This document shows positions 37,822-46,959 of a DNA stretch of 64,000 nucleotides, in pieces; position 1 is the stretch's first letter, and each line of letters starts with the position of its first letter. Below the pieces are notes generated by a model. The model made no database searches. It was not told the DNA's origin and saw only the letters and a list, made by a program, of their open reading frames with translations. The DNA is from Candidatus Methylomirabilis sp. GTDB lineage: Bacteria; Muiribacteriota; Ozemobacteria; Ozemobacterales; Ozemobacteraceae. Made by a program: the position numbers and the translations under genes. Location of the stretch: contig DYKG01000001.1 in assembly GCA_020722725.1 (NCBI GenBank), positions 215,106 through 279,105 on the forward strand. Direction: 5' to 3'.

Positions 37822-39027
37822 TTAAGGCTGGCTCCGTAAAATTCTGATCAGATTCAGCCAGATTTTTTGTGATAATGTTTGATTGGCCGTCTGCAGCAGT
37901 TTAATCTGCTGCAGACCTTTTTCATTGTTCATTTTTGCCATGATCAATGCTGAAATTGCCGCGCAATCGGGTCGGCTGGCCTGACTTTCGGTCTGTTGCC
38001 ATTGCAGCATTGAATTGAGAACGGGCTGAATCTGTTGATCGGAAATTTGACCAAAGTAGGGTAGTCCCAGCAAAATAACCAGGTTTTGGCTAAACGGCAT
38101 TGCCAGATCGATTTTGAATCGTTGGTCTAGATGAATCAATCGTTGTCTTAGCTCTTCATCAGGTATTTCTGAGTTTATTGCAGTCTGATGGTAATAAAGA
38201 GCCGCAATAATCATGGATTCGAAAAGAGCAGAAGTTACTTTTCCTAAAAAAAGCGGTCTGAAGAAAAAATCCGATTTCATGTCGTTTTCCTCATCTGTCC
38301 AGCCTGATAACAGGCGTTTTAATCGCTGTAGATTTACAATCAAGCGCCGGTCGAAACGGAGCAGTAGCGAAAAAACCGCTCCGGCACAAAGACTGGTTGT
38401 GATTTTTCCATAATCAGGCTGCTCGGGAAAGAAAAAACTGCCGTCCAGGTTTTGCATAGCAGTAAGGCTTTCGCCGATTTTTTCAATTTCCTCCAGCGGA
38501 ATCCCGATTCCTTTTTTGTCGGCTTCGTTTATCGAAATTGCAAGAGGCAGCAGGGTGTGGCATGAAAAACATCGGTTTTTTTCATGAAACTGTAAAATAT
38601 CGCGGGATTGCTGGAAAAGTTCGAGCTCAGTTCTTCTAATTTCTGCATTTCTTGCTTCAAAGTAAGCCGGGTTGTCGCCTTGTTTTTCGGTCGCTTCGAG
38701 AAAAACCGGCGTCAAAAATGCTTCCCGGCAGATCTGGTGATCGAGCTTAAAGGTTAAAAAAGCTTCGCCGGGTTTTGCCGAGGCAATGAAACTCTGATCG
38801 TTGATTCTCAGGGTTGCGGCCCGGCATGCCATATTTCGACCCCATACAGAGGTTGAAATTACTGGTATTTTTACCAGGCTGACAGCGATATCTTCAGAAA
38901 ACCTGATTTTAATCTTTTCTCCATCATGGCTGAAAAAGGCCGGCCATTCTTTTGCCGGTGCCGATAAAGCAAGGCAAAGCATGAGAAGCACTGAAAAAAA
39001 GGTTTTAATCTTCTTTGCTGATGCCAT
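37822..39027 (-). CDS. Secreted hypothetical protein (401 aa)
   Basis: Signal peptide (LLMLCLALSAPAKE). No assignable motif. Confidence 0.4.
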   Translation of the reverse strand: MASAKKIKTFFSVLLMLCLALSAPAKEWPAFFSHDGEKIKIRFSEDIAVSLVKIPVISTSVWGRNMACRAATLRINDQSFIASAKPGEAFLTFKLDHQICREAFLTPVFLEATEKQGDNPAYFEARNAEIRRTELELFQQSRDILQFHEKNRCFSCHTLLPLAISINEADKKGIGIPLEEIEKIGESLTAMQNLDGSFFFPEQPDYGKITTSLCAGAVFSLLLRFDRRLIVNLQRLKRLLSGWTDEENDMKSDFFFRPLFLGKVTSALFESMIIAALYYHQTAINSEIPDEELRQRLIHLDQRFKIDLAMPFSQNLVILLGLPYFGQISDQQIQPVLNSMLQWQQTESQASRPDCAAISALIMAKMNNEKGLQQIKLLQTANQTLSQKIWLNLIRILRSQP

Positions 39028-40351
39028 ATTTTTTCAGCTTGTAATGAAGATTCTGCCTGGTAATACCAAGGCTTGAGGCAGCTTTTGAATAATTCCATCC
39101 CGCCGTATCGAGAGCTTGCAGAATGATATTTTCTTCAATTTTATTGATAGTCTCCTGCAAAGGCATATTGGCCAGGTTGTCATGAATAAACGAACTGTTG
39201 TTATTGCTTTCGCCTGCCGGAAGATTGAGGTCGGAGGCCTCAAGCTGCCCTGAACGTTTCATGATAACGGCTCTTTCTATGCAGTTTTCCAGTTGACGAA
39301 TATTTCCCGGCCATTCATAAGCGGCAAGCAGGTCAAAGAATTCTTTGCTGCCCTGATTAATCATACGGCCATGTCGGCGGGAAAATCTGTCGATAAAATG
39401 TTCTGCCAGCTCGCGGATATCTTCTTTTCTTTTTCGCAGCGGTGGTATCAGGATTTCGACGATATTGATTCGATAAAGCAGATCTTCTCTGAAATTGCCG
39501 GCTTTAACCTCTTCTTTCAAATTCTTGTTTGAGGCTGCAATAATTCTTACGTCAGCTTTTATACTGATATTCGCACCAACCGGCCTGAAAATTCCGTCTT
39601 GCAGCACTCTAAGGAGTTTGGCCTGGTTGGGAAGGGTAAGGTCGCCGATTTCATCGAGAAACAGGGTGCCACACTCGGCGTCGGCAAAAATTCCAGGTTT
39701 GTCTGCAATTGCACCGGTAAAACTGCCGCGTTTGTGGCCAAACATTTCGCTTTCAAAAAGGCTTTCAGGAATAGCACTGCAGTTAACCGGCACGAACGGC
39801 AGGTTCGCTCTTTTGGAACTGCGGTGAATGGCATGGGCCACCAGTTCTTTTCCGGTTCCCGATTCGCCGCTGATTAAAACAGTGCTGTCTGTGTCTGAAA
39901 TATTTTCAATTATTCGTTTTACATCTTTTATGCCGGGGGAAATGCCAATAAGAACCTGAACGTTTTCCGGTGCTTCATCAGGCTCAAAAGTCCTTTGCAG
40001 GGCCTTCTTTATGGCACTTCGGAAATCTTCAAGCTCAAAGGGTTTTAGAAGATAGTCTATCGCCCCTAATTTTACAGCGGTTACTGCAGTTTCGACCGAA
40101 GAAAATGCGGTCATCAGAATGCACGGTGGTGTTTTTTGCTTCAGACCTTTAATGTGTTTAAGCAATTCCATGCCGCTCATTCCGCTCATACGAATATCAG
40201 ACACCACCAGATCAACCGGTCGTTTTTGCAGAAATTCAAGGGCTGAAATCGGGCTGGGAAAATCGAAAACTTCATATCCATCATTTTCAAGTGATTTTTT
40301 AAGTGCTTTCAACAGTTTGATTTCGTCATCAACTAATACTATTTTATGCAT
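39005..40351 (-). CDS. Sigma-54-dependent response regulator (NtrC/PilR family: REC + AAA+ sigma-54 activator + Fis-type HTH)
   Basis: REC domain (VLVDDE...D), GESGTGKE Walker A, a GAFTGA-like GSFTGA motif, and a C-terminal HTH (AASSLGITRQNLHYKLKKYGI). Confidence 0.9.
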   Translation of the reverse strand: MHKIVLVDDEIKLLKALKKSLENDGYEVFDFPSPISALEFLQKRPVDLVVSDIRMSGMSGMELLKHIKGLKQKTPPCILMTAFSSVETAVTAVKLGAIDYLLKPFELEDFRSAIKKALQRTFEPDEAPENVQVLIGISPGIKDVKRIIENISDTDSTVLISGESGTGKELVAHAIHRSSKRANLPFVPVNCSAIPESLFESEMFGHKRGSFTGAIADKPGIFADAECGTLFLDEIGDLTLPNQAKLLRVLQDGIFRPVGANISIKADVRIIAASNKNLKEEVKAGNFREDLLYRINIVEILIPPLRKRKEDIRELAEHFIDRFSRRHGRMINQGSKEFFDLLAAYEWPGNIRQLENCIERAVIMKRSGQLEASDLNLPAGESNNNSSFIHDNLANMPLQETINKIEENIILQALDTAGWNYSKAASSLGITRQNLHYKLKKYGISKED

Positions 40352-42023
40352 TATCCTGTTCCCCGATGTTTGAATTTTGCTGAATCAGCGGCATCATTAT
40401 CAAAAACTCTGTGGTGCCATTTTTGCGGCTGGCAGAAATTTTTCCCGAATGTCCCTCGATTATTGCCTGGCAAATGATCAACCCCAGACCTGTGCCTTGT
40501 GGTTTGGTGGTAGAAAGAGGCTCGAAAACCAGTTCAGGTTCGCATTCAAATCCTGATCCGAAGTCTATGAAGCTTATTTCACAATGATCAGAAAGAGCCC
40601 GGGCAGAAATTGCAAGATGTGCATTCTTTAGGTCGTGCATGGCTTCAGCTGCATTTCTGGTGAGATTGTAGAATACCTGCTGCATCGCCTCGATGTCGAT
40701 CTTTATCTGTCCTTCACCATCGATGTTAAGGTCAATCTCAAGAAGAGAAAACTCTGAGTTCTGTCTGACAAATTCAAACAGAGATTTAACCGCATCGGTA
40801 AAATTCATTGTTGTAAGATGTGGTCTGGCCTTTGAAGTATAAGTTCTTAAAGTGCTGATAATGTTTTTGCACCGTTTGACTTCGGCAATGATTTCTTCAA
40901 TTTCTTCGGCACTGACCTCCTGACCTTTTTGCAACGCTTCTTTAAGCAGGCCGGCATTGGCTAGAATGGTGCCAAGCGGGTTATTTATTTCATGGGCTAT
41001 ACCTGCCGAAAACCGGCCGAGAGCTGCAAGTTTGTCTTTCTTGGCAAGCTCTTTCTGCACTTCGATCAGTCGGTTCTGAGCAATTGAAAGTTCTTTAACC
41101 ATACGGTTGAAACTTCGGGCAACCGATTCTATTTCTACACCGCTGTTAACCATTGGTGGCTGATCGAGAGGAATTTCCTTCCAGTTGCCCTGCGCAACTT
41201 TTTCGATGCCCTGCCCCAGAGCCTGCAAGGGTAGAAACAGGCGGCGGCCCAGAAAATACCCAAGAATAAGCAGTCCGATGACTTGCAAAATCGTCAGTCT
41301 GATCATCAGATTATCGATATCCAGCCGCGAGATAATCGTGCGCTGTGCCGGATACCCGGTCAGTAGTTTCATATCATCTGAGATGTTGAATGCGCGAACC
41401 CTGAAAATTTCGCCGCCGCTTCTTATTTCTCCAGAAAGGTTTTCTCCAATAAGTTTTTGCAAAAACTGCAGATCCTGCGAAAACTCTCGCTGGTCAAATA
41501 TTCCAAAAGCATCGAAAAAACAGAACATAGGTACTGCTGATCTTGATAAATCGGGCCGGCGCGCAATAAAAAGCCGAGTGTTGCTGGCAATCTCACTCTC
41601 AGAAAGAATATAGCCCTGATAAGAATAAGGCCCGGAGCGACTCAAGCGGCAAATTGAACCCGTCGACCGGCGAGGCTTCGGCAGACTACCACTGAGCAGA
41701 GGTGCATCATTAACGAAAATATCCAGCCAATCGATGTTCATGCTGCTTTTGATGCTTTCGCTTATTCTCTGCTGCTCGACCGGGGTTTTGTTGAGCATGT
41801 CAAGATTGCGAAAAGCGGTCGCCAGTTCGTCGGCAGTTCGATCCAATGATGTCTGTTCAAGTTTGAGCACGGTAGTAAGCTGGTTTTTCAGTGAAACCAG
41901 CTTCTCATAATCCGAGCTGTCGATAGACAAGCCAAGACTCTGGGCCGCCCAGAACGAGACCGATGAAATAATTACCACGGTCAATAGAACAAAGCCCATC
42001 GTTATTTTTATTCTAATCCCCAT
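40344..42023 (-). CDS. Sensor histidine kinase (two transmembrane helices, HAMP-like, HisKA, HATPase_c)
   Basis: H-box FSAGIAHEINNPL and a G1/G2 ATP-lid (GSGF..GTGLGL). It overlaps the response-regulator gene by 8 nt. Confidence 0.85.
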   Translation of the reverse strand: MGIRIKITMGFVLLTVVIISSVSFWAAQSLGLSIDSSDYEKLVSLKNQLTTVLKLEQTSLDRTADELATAFRNLDMLNKTPVEQQRISESIKSSMNIDWLDIFVNDAPLLSGSLPKPRRSTGSICRLSRSGPYSYQGYILSESEIASNTRLFIARRPDLSRSAVPMFCFFDAFGIFDQREFSQDLQFLQKLIGENLSGEIRSGGEIFRVRAFNISDDMKLLTGYPAQRTIISRLDIDNLMIRLTILQVIGLLILGYFLGRRLFLPLQALGQGIEKVAQGNWKEIPLDQPPMVNSGVEIESVARSFNRMVKELSIAQNRLIEVQKELAKKDKLAALGRFSAGIAHEINNPLGTILANAGLLKEALQKGQEVSAEEIEEIIAEVKRCKNIISTLRTYTSKARPHLTTMNFTDAVKSLFEFVRQNSEFSLLEIDLNIDGEGQIKIDIEAMQQVFYNLTRNAAEAMHDLKNAHLAISARALSDHCEISFIDFGSGFECEPELVFEPLSTTKPQGTGLGLIICQAIIEGHSGKISASRKNGTTEFLIMMPLIQQNSNIGEQDNA

Positions 42024-42158
42024 TGTTCCAATATTTTAACCTGTTGACACTTTAAATAAAAGTGGCAAATTGTTATATCAACAAGTTTTTTGCTCAGGTT
42101 AACCTTAGAATAAACGTTTAAATTTGCTATACCTATCATATATAGGGGTACATTAACA

Positions 42159-42971
42159 GTGCAAAAAGAGATCAAAGAGTTCTTCTCTGAACTTGACCTG
42201 AGTGATTTCAGGTTGATGTTTGTCGGCATGTTGCTTTTGCTGTTACCCCTCGCATATCTCTACCGGGTGACCGGTTCTTCGCCTGACCAGCAGCAGCAAA
42301 GAAGATATGCCACCAATGTCAGCAGGCAGTCGGCTTTTAACCTTGCCCCTGGCAAGAACAGCCTTCTATCTTCACCGGAAGCAAAAAAGCAATCTTTCAG
42401 CGTTAGCCCCCGGGTTGAAAAAATAGATTCAGAACTTGATCGAGCCTGGGCAAAAATACAAGCCACCCCAAGAGCCCGCAACATTCCTTCCGATGTTCCC
42501 CCTGAAACCCGGCAGATGATCGAAGCTGAAGATCACGAATTTCTTACCGAGGGCAATACCCTTCTCGACAGCGGAGATTTTGTGGCCGCTGAAACTGCTT
42601 TTGAGAAGGCAATCAAGAGTTCAGGGGGCAATCCTTTTGTTGAGCTTTATGCCTGGGGCGGCCTCATGGAAGCTTATGAAAAGACGGGAAACGTCATAAA
42701 ATTTCGCGAAGCATTTTCCAATTATGTCAAAAAAGCTCAGGAACTCAAGCACGTTTATGGGCCGCTGGCAGATAACATCGCACGGGCTCAGCAGATGTTC
42801 GAGCAACTGGCTCAGGCTGATCCAGCGAAGATCAGAGAGCATCTGCTCAAGCACAATCTCGCCAATAAGTCCAATATTACTTATGATCAGCTTTCTCGAC
42901 AAAGTACTTCGCGCCCTTTTTCATCGTATTCTCGACAAACCCCAGTTCTATCCGATCAAGATCTTTTTTGA
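42159..42971 (+). CDS. Membrane-anchored TPR-like hypothetical protein (GTG start)
   Basis: N-terminal transmembrane helix FRLMFVGMLLLLLPLAYLY, then a helical TPR-like region. It sits immediately upstream of pilin module 2. Confidence 0.4.
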   Translation: MQKEIKEFFSELDLSDFRLMFVGMLLLLLPLAYLYRVTGSSPDQQQQRRYATNVSRQSAFNLAPGKNSLLSSPEAKKQSFSVSPRVEKIDSELDRAWAKIQATPRARNIPSDVPPETRQMIEAEDHEFLTEGNTLLDSGDFVAAETAFEKAIKSSGGNPFVELYAWGGLMEAYEKTGNVIKFREAFSNYVKKAQELKHVYGPLADNIARAQQMFEQLAQADPAKIREHLLKHNLANKSNITYDQLSRQSTSRPFSSYSRQTPVLSDQDLF

Positions 42972-42984
42972 CAAAGATTTTTTT

Positions 42985-44940
42985 ATGCAGGCGGCAGACC
43001 TTTGGCCTGCTGGAGTTAAAGTTCCGGCAGACCACAGCCGTTATGTCGAAAAGTACGGAACTCTGAAAGTCACATCAATTGCACGTATTAATTTCAATGA
43101 TGGAACTTTCTCAGAGCGGCGCATTGATGCAACCAAGGATTTCAAAGTCTCTGATACCGAGCCGATGGCACCTTTATACAGTTTCTTCTGTGCCAATACT
43201 ACCAATGACCGAATAAATTTTAATGATAACGGTGGTCAGTTTTATGTTAACAACAGTTCGGGTCGATTACTCAGCCGTGAAGAACGCGAAACCCGCAAAG
43301 AACTCGCCGGTCAGATCAGGGTTAATTTCAAACCTGAAGATTACGTCGACGAGTCAACGCCGGGCACCCCGCTGGTAATAAACACTTCTCTCATGGGTCA
43401 TTATGATGGCCCCAAGCTTACTGAAAGCGAATTCGGTAACCGGGCGGTCAATCTTTCGGCGGGAACCGATGGTCTTATAATGCTTGGCCGAACCAAGACC
43501 ATGATTATTTCAAAAGCTTCTTACAATATTGATACCACTATCAATTCCAAAAATGTAAACACCAAAAAGGGAAGTCCGCTGCCCAGGGAACTGAAATTCT
43601 CACGTGGTCCGGTGCGACATGGTTTTCAGCTTTCATCAACAGCCCTTCCAAATGTTAAATGGCTGGCGCGAGATGCGGAATATCAGAAGAATCGCAAACA
43701 ATATCAGAGCAGCGCTTTAAAACAGCGCAACGATTCTTACCAGTGGTGGGCGCAGGATCCCCACAAAATGAAGCATGAAGATTATCTTAAGAAAAAGGCG
43801 GAAAGCATAAATTTCCTTCCCGATCCTGAAAAAATCAGTTCAAATATCATCCTTTTCGGGATAAGCATGGCAATTCGCGGAATGGGAAAATCAATCACTA
43901 TTCCACCTGCCGGAACGGTAACTTTTGGTTCCACCCCTCCGGTTGATGCTTTCGCCCGCATGATGCTGCCATGGATGGGCACGCGAAACAGCTATTATTG
44001 CCTGCCTTCACTAGGCTGGGGCCAGAACAAGACCCATCTATTCGGCAATTTCGCCTGGTATCCAACGCTTTCGCGTGATATCGAAGGCATGGTGGCCAAA
44101 CGCTATCGCCAGTGGCATGTAACCATAATCGGCCTGTTTGCCAAAGACCGTTTTCCTTTGTTGCCTTTCCCGCCGCCCTGGTGTTTCGTTCCGCCAATAC
44201 CGGTGCCTTTCTGGTTTGCCGACCAGATCATCAACAAATATGATTACAACATGTTTTTCATGAAAGCCTATGATCCTGATGACGACGCGGCAGACGGCAG
44301 TCTGTCGATGTATGACCCCGATTATATGATGAATATGCCGGCCAACTATTATTCGATCGAACAATACGCCAAGAAATCAAATTATTATTACAATAGCGAA
44401 GAAAATTTTCTCAAAGATCTACCAAACCGCATGATCGATATTGACGGCAAAAGGGCTTTGCAACTTAACGGGGTAACCTTCATTGCAGGATCTCCGGGCG
44501 CAGACAGCAGGCCTTTCGTTCCTCCCGAGGGCGGCGATACTTTCTACGTCACCGGCCGAGGCATGATCGTTGTTTCCGGTAATGTAAGTCTGGGTTGTAA
44601 CATTAAATGTATCGATGAACCTGAGAGAAGAACGATTTTCAGTCTGGTTGTGCGAAATGGCGGCCTGATTGTAACCAATAACGGCAACTTCTTTTTTGAA
44701 GGCTCTCTCTATACTAATCGCGGTTTGTATGTTGGTTCAAATACTAATTTGAATATTCAGGGAAACTGGGTCACCAACGAATTTGCCAAGCATCGAATGC
44801 GTGGCGAGGTCATGATTGATTACGTCGCTTCGCGAGTTAGATCTTCCCTCGGAAGTCTGCACCCGGTAACTGGAAAATACGACCCGCGCCGCTATTATCT
44901 TGCCCTGTCGCCGCGCTGGAACGCCTGGAAGGTTGATTGA
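42985..44940 (+). CDS. Giant GspK-like minor pseudopilin-like protein, paralog of 14180-16819 (module 2); start uncertain
   Basis: The C-terminal 400 aa are clearly paralogous to the module 1 K-like protein (shared LFGNF, PANxYSxxQYxKKxxYxYxSxExFxKDxxNR, GRGxIVxxxNVxL and YDPRRYY motifs). The long ORF begins at 42724 and overlaps the upstream gene. The first ATG after that gene's stop is 42985, and it has no Shine-Dalgarno. Confidence 0.5.
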   Translation: MQAADLWPAGVKVPADHSRYVEKYGTLKVTSIARINFNDGTFSERRIDATKDFKVSDTEPMAPLYSFFCANTTNDRINFNDNGGQFYVNNSSGRLLSREERETRKELAGQIRVNFKPEDYVDESTPGTPLVINTSLMGHYDGPKLTESEFGNRAVNLSAGTDGLIMLGRTKTMIISKASYNIDTTINSKNVNTKKGSPLPRELKFSRGPVRHGFQLSSTALPNVKWLARDAEYQKNRKQYQSSALKQRNDSYQWWAQDPHKMKHEDYLKKKAESINFLPDPEKISSNIILFGISMAIRGMGKSITIPPAGTVTFGSTPPVDAFARMMLPWMGTRNSYYCLPSLGWGQNKTHLFGNFAWYPTLSRDIEGMVAKRYRQWHVTIIGLFAKDRFPLLPFPPPWCFVPPIPVPFWFADQIINKYDYNMFFMKAYDPDDDAADGSLSMYDPDYMMNMPANYYSIEQYAKKSNYYYNSEENFLKDLPNRMIDIDGKRALQLNGVTFIAGSPGADSRPFVPPEGGDTFYVTGRGMIVVSGNVSLGCNIKCIDEPERRTIFSLVVRNGGLIVTNNGNFFFEGSLYTNRGLYVGSNTNLNIQGNWVTNEFAKHRMRGEVMIDYVASRVRSSLGSLHPVTGKYDPRRYYLALSPRWNAWKVD

Positions 44941-44941
44941 T

Positions 44942-45409
44942 ATGAGAAGTGGTTGGTCGCTGGTTGAAGTTCTTATTGCTGCCGGAGTTATAGTCATTGC
45001 ATTCATTCCGCTGGTAAATCTGGTCAGCACAAATGCGGTTTCAACTGCTAAGATGGGCTATTACTCGATGGCTTCAGGAGTCCTTACCAAATTCATGGAA
45101 GAAGTTAAGCATGTGCCGTTCAGCCGTTATCAGACTGAGTGTCCCGAGTTGTCAGGCGGCACACCAATAAAAGTGCCCGAAAAATTTTTTCCTGACACCA
45201 TCGCAAGTTTGAATGAGTTGAAAAAAGACAAGGAATTCTGGCTTGAGCACTCGATGAAAGCCGCGAAAAATGAATACGGGCAACTGGTTGAAATCGCTTT
45301 TACCTGTGAAATCAGATGGCATGAAAAGGGTGATAAATCTGCCACCGGTCAGGAAGAAAGAAAACTGCGTGATTATGCGCTGATCTTTAATCCTGAATCA
45401 CGCTACTAA
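44942..45409 (+). CDS. GspI-like minor pseudopilin (module 2)
   Basis: ATG 44942 lies 2 nt after the upstream stop. N-terminal MRSGWSLVEVLIAAGVIVIAFIPLV looks like a prepilin signal with Glu+5, and the protein is 155 aa. Confidence 0.55.
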   Translation: MRSGWSLVEVLIAAGVIVIAFIPLVNLVSTNAVSTAKMGYYSMASGVLTKFMEEVKHVPFSRYQTECPELSGGTPIKVPEKFFPDTIASLNELKKDKEFWLEHSMKAAKNEYGQLVEIAFTCEIRWHEKGDKSATGQEERKLRDYALIFNPESRY

Positions 45410-45430
45410 GGATCTTAGGAGGAACGAAAG

Positions 45431-46945
45431 ATGCCGGCAAAAAATAAAGGAGCAACCCTGATCGAAGTGGTTGTGGTAACCGTTCTGGCATCTATGATCT
45501 TTGGCTCAGCCATGGGAATCTGGAGCTATGCCAGGCGAAACATGTCAAGAACTGCTACCCGGCAGACCCTGCAACAGGATGCCAGCCGAATTCTGACTCA
45601 TCTTTCAGCCGACCTCAAGGCCGCCAAGGGTGAAACTTTTTCATCGACTGAAGATCCTATGGCTCTTGAGTTTACCCGTTATTGTGTTAATTCTGAAGAT
45701 AACAGCAGGCTTTCCAGTGAAATGACCCAGAAAGTTAAATATGTATTTAAAAAGCCGGTTTTGCGTCGCTATGTTGATGGAAAACTTGAAAATTCTCTTT
45801 CATACAGTGTTGAGAATATTCAGGTTAAACGTAAAGAGATTTCTGAAGAAGTCAGAAAAAGCGATCCCTATCTCGAAGCCCGCGTCGATATAATGCTCGA
45901 AATGGGCCAGCGTGCCCCTGGAACATCTTCTGATGAGCATTTTATCAAGCATACTTCGGCAGTTATTCGCGATGAGTTTTATGCCCTCGCCAATAAAGAA
46001 AGAGCTGATGTTTTCGATGAAGCTGACAAGGCTGCCGAAGAAATGGTTAAAGACAATGATTCCAGCTTTTTTTCTGACACTTTCGATGCTGATTCGCTAA
46101 AAAGCCTTACCGATGAGCAGCTCAATGACCTCGAAAAAACTCAGGAAGTAAATCTGGCTGATGCCAAAAAGGGACTCGACGAGATTGAAAAGCAGATTAA
46201 AAAAGTAGATTCTGGCGATGGTTTTTTCAACATGTGGTGGTGGAAAAGCGAAGAAGCGGAGCAGGTCGAAGAGTTGAAGCAGGAACTGATGGATATCGGA
46301 TGCCCTGACAGCGGCATTCCTCCTAAAGACTCTGGCAATCGGGCTTCCCAGAAGGCGGAAAAAATTGTGACAAAGCTCGATGATCAGATAAAAACTATGG
46401 AAAAGCGTTTCATGGAGAAAGCTTTCGCCTGCAGTTATGCTAGTCCTGACAGTACCGACCCCGCAGTAAAAGAAAAAGCAGATCTGCAAAAACGTGCCTA
46501 TGACATGAAAGTCATGGATCGTCAGGTAGAAAATGCGCTTAAAGAGATGAGCGACGAAGAAAAGGCTGAGGCTGAGGCCAATGGCTCGATTCCGCGCAGG
46601 ATGATCGACCAGTATTCGCGCAGCGACGAAGAAATCCGTCGTGAAATCGTCAGCTCCGGCATTGCTCCTGAGGGCTCTGCTGAACTTGAAGAAATGGTGC
46701 AGAAAGAGATTGCCAAAGTTAACGCTTTGAAGGCTGAATATAATAGCTGCAATGTCGAATTTCTTGATGATGGTTCAGAAAACGAACGCACCATTCAGGC
46801 ATATGATGCTGCAAAACAGCTGAAAAGTCTGGCTCAGAGCAAAAGCGATACCTTTGAACTGAAAGAACTGGCGATTGATAACCTGGCAGAAATTGAAGAA
46901 GCAAGAAAGCTCAAGAAAGAGCAACTGCAGGATACCAATAATTAA
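45431..46945 (+). CDS. GspJ-like minor pseudopilin with ~310-aa acidic coiled-coil C-terminal extension (module 2)
   Basis: An AGGAGG Shine-Dalgarno precedes the start. MPAKNKGATLIEVVVVTVLASMIFG looks like a prepilin signal with Glu+5. A pilin-sized domain is followed by a long D/E/K-rich predicted helical region. Confidence 0.55.
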   Translation: MPAKNKGATLIEVVVVTVLASMIFGSAMGIWSYARRNMSRTATRQTLQQDASRILTHLSADLKAAKGETFSSTEDPMALEFTRYCVNSEDNSRLSSEMTQKVKYVFKKPVLRRYVDGKLENSLSYSVENIQVKRKEISEEVRKSDPYLEARVDIMLEMGQRAPGTSSDEHFIKHTSAVIRDEFYALANKERADVFDEADKAAEEMVKDNDSSFFSDTFDADSLKSLTDEQLNDLEKTQEVNLADAKKGLDEIEKQIKKVDSGDGFFNMWWWKSEEAEQVEELKQELMDIGCPDSGIPPKDSGNRASQKAEKIVTKLDDQIKTMEKRFMEKAFACSYASPDSTDPAVKEKADLQKRAYDMKVMDRQVENALKEMSDEEKAEAEANGSIPRRMIDQYSRSDEEIRREIVSSGIAPEGSAELEEMVQKEIAKVNALKAEYNSCNVEFLDDGSENERTIQAYDAAKQLKSLAQSKSDTFELKELAIDNLAEIEEARKLKKEQLQDTNN

Positions 46946-46959
46946 GCTTTGCCATTTCT

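Noticed and set aside
42024-42158. Sigma-54 (-24/-12) promoter for pilin module 2
   Set aside because: Candidate TGGCA and TTGC elements are present, but none has the required GG-N10-GC spacing when I count by eye. I left it as a check to run.
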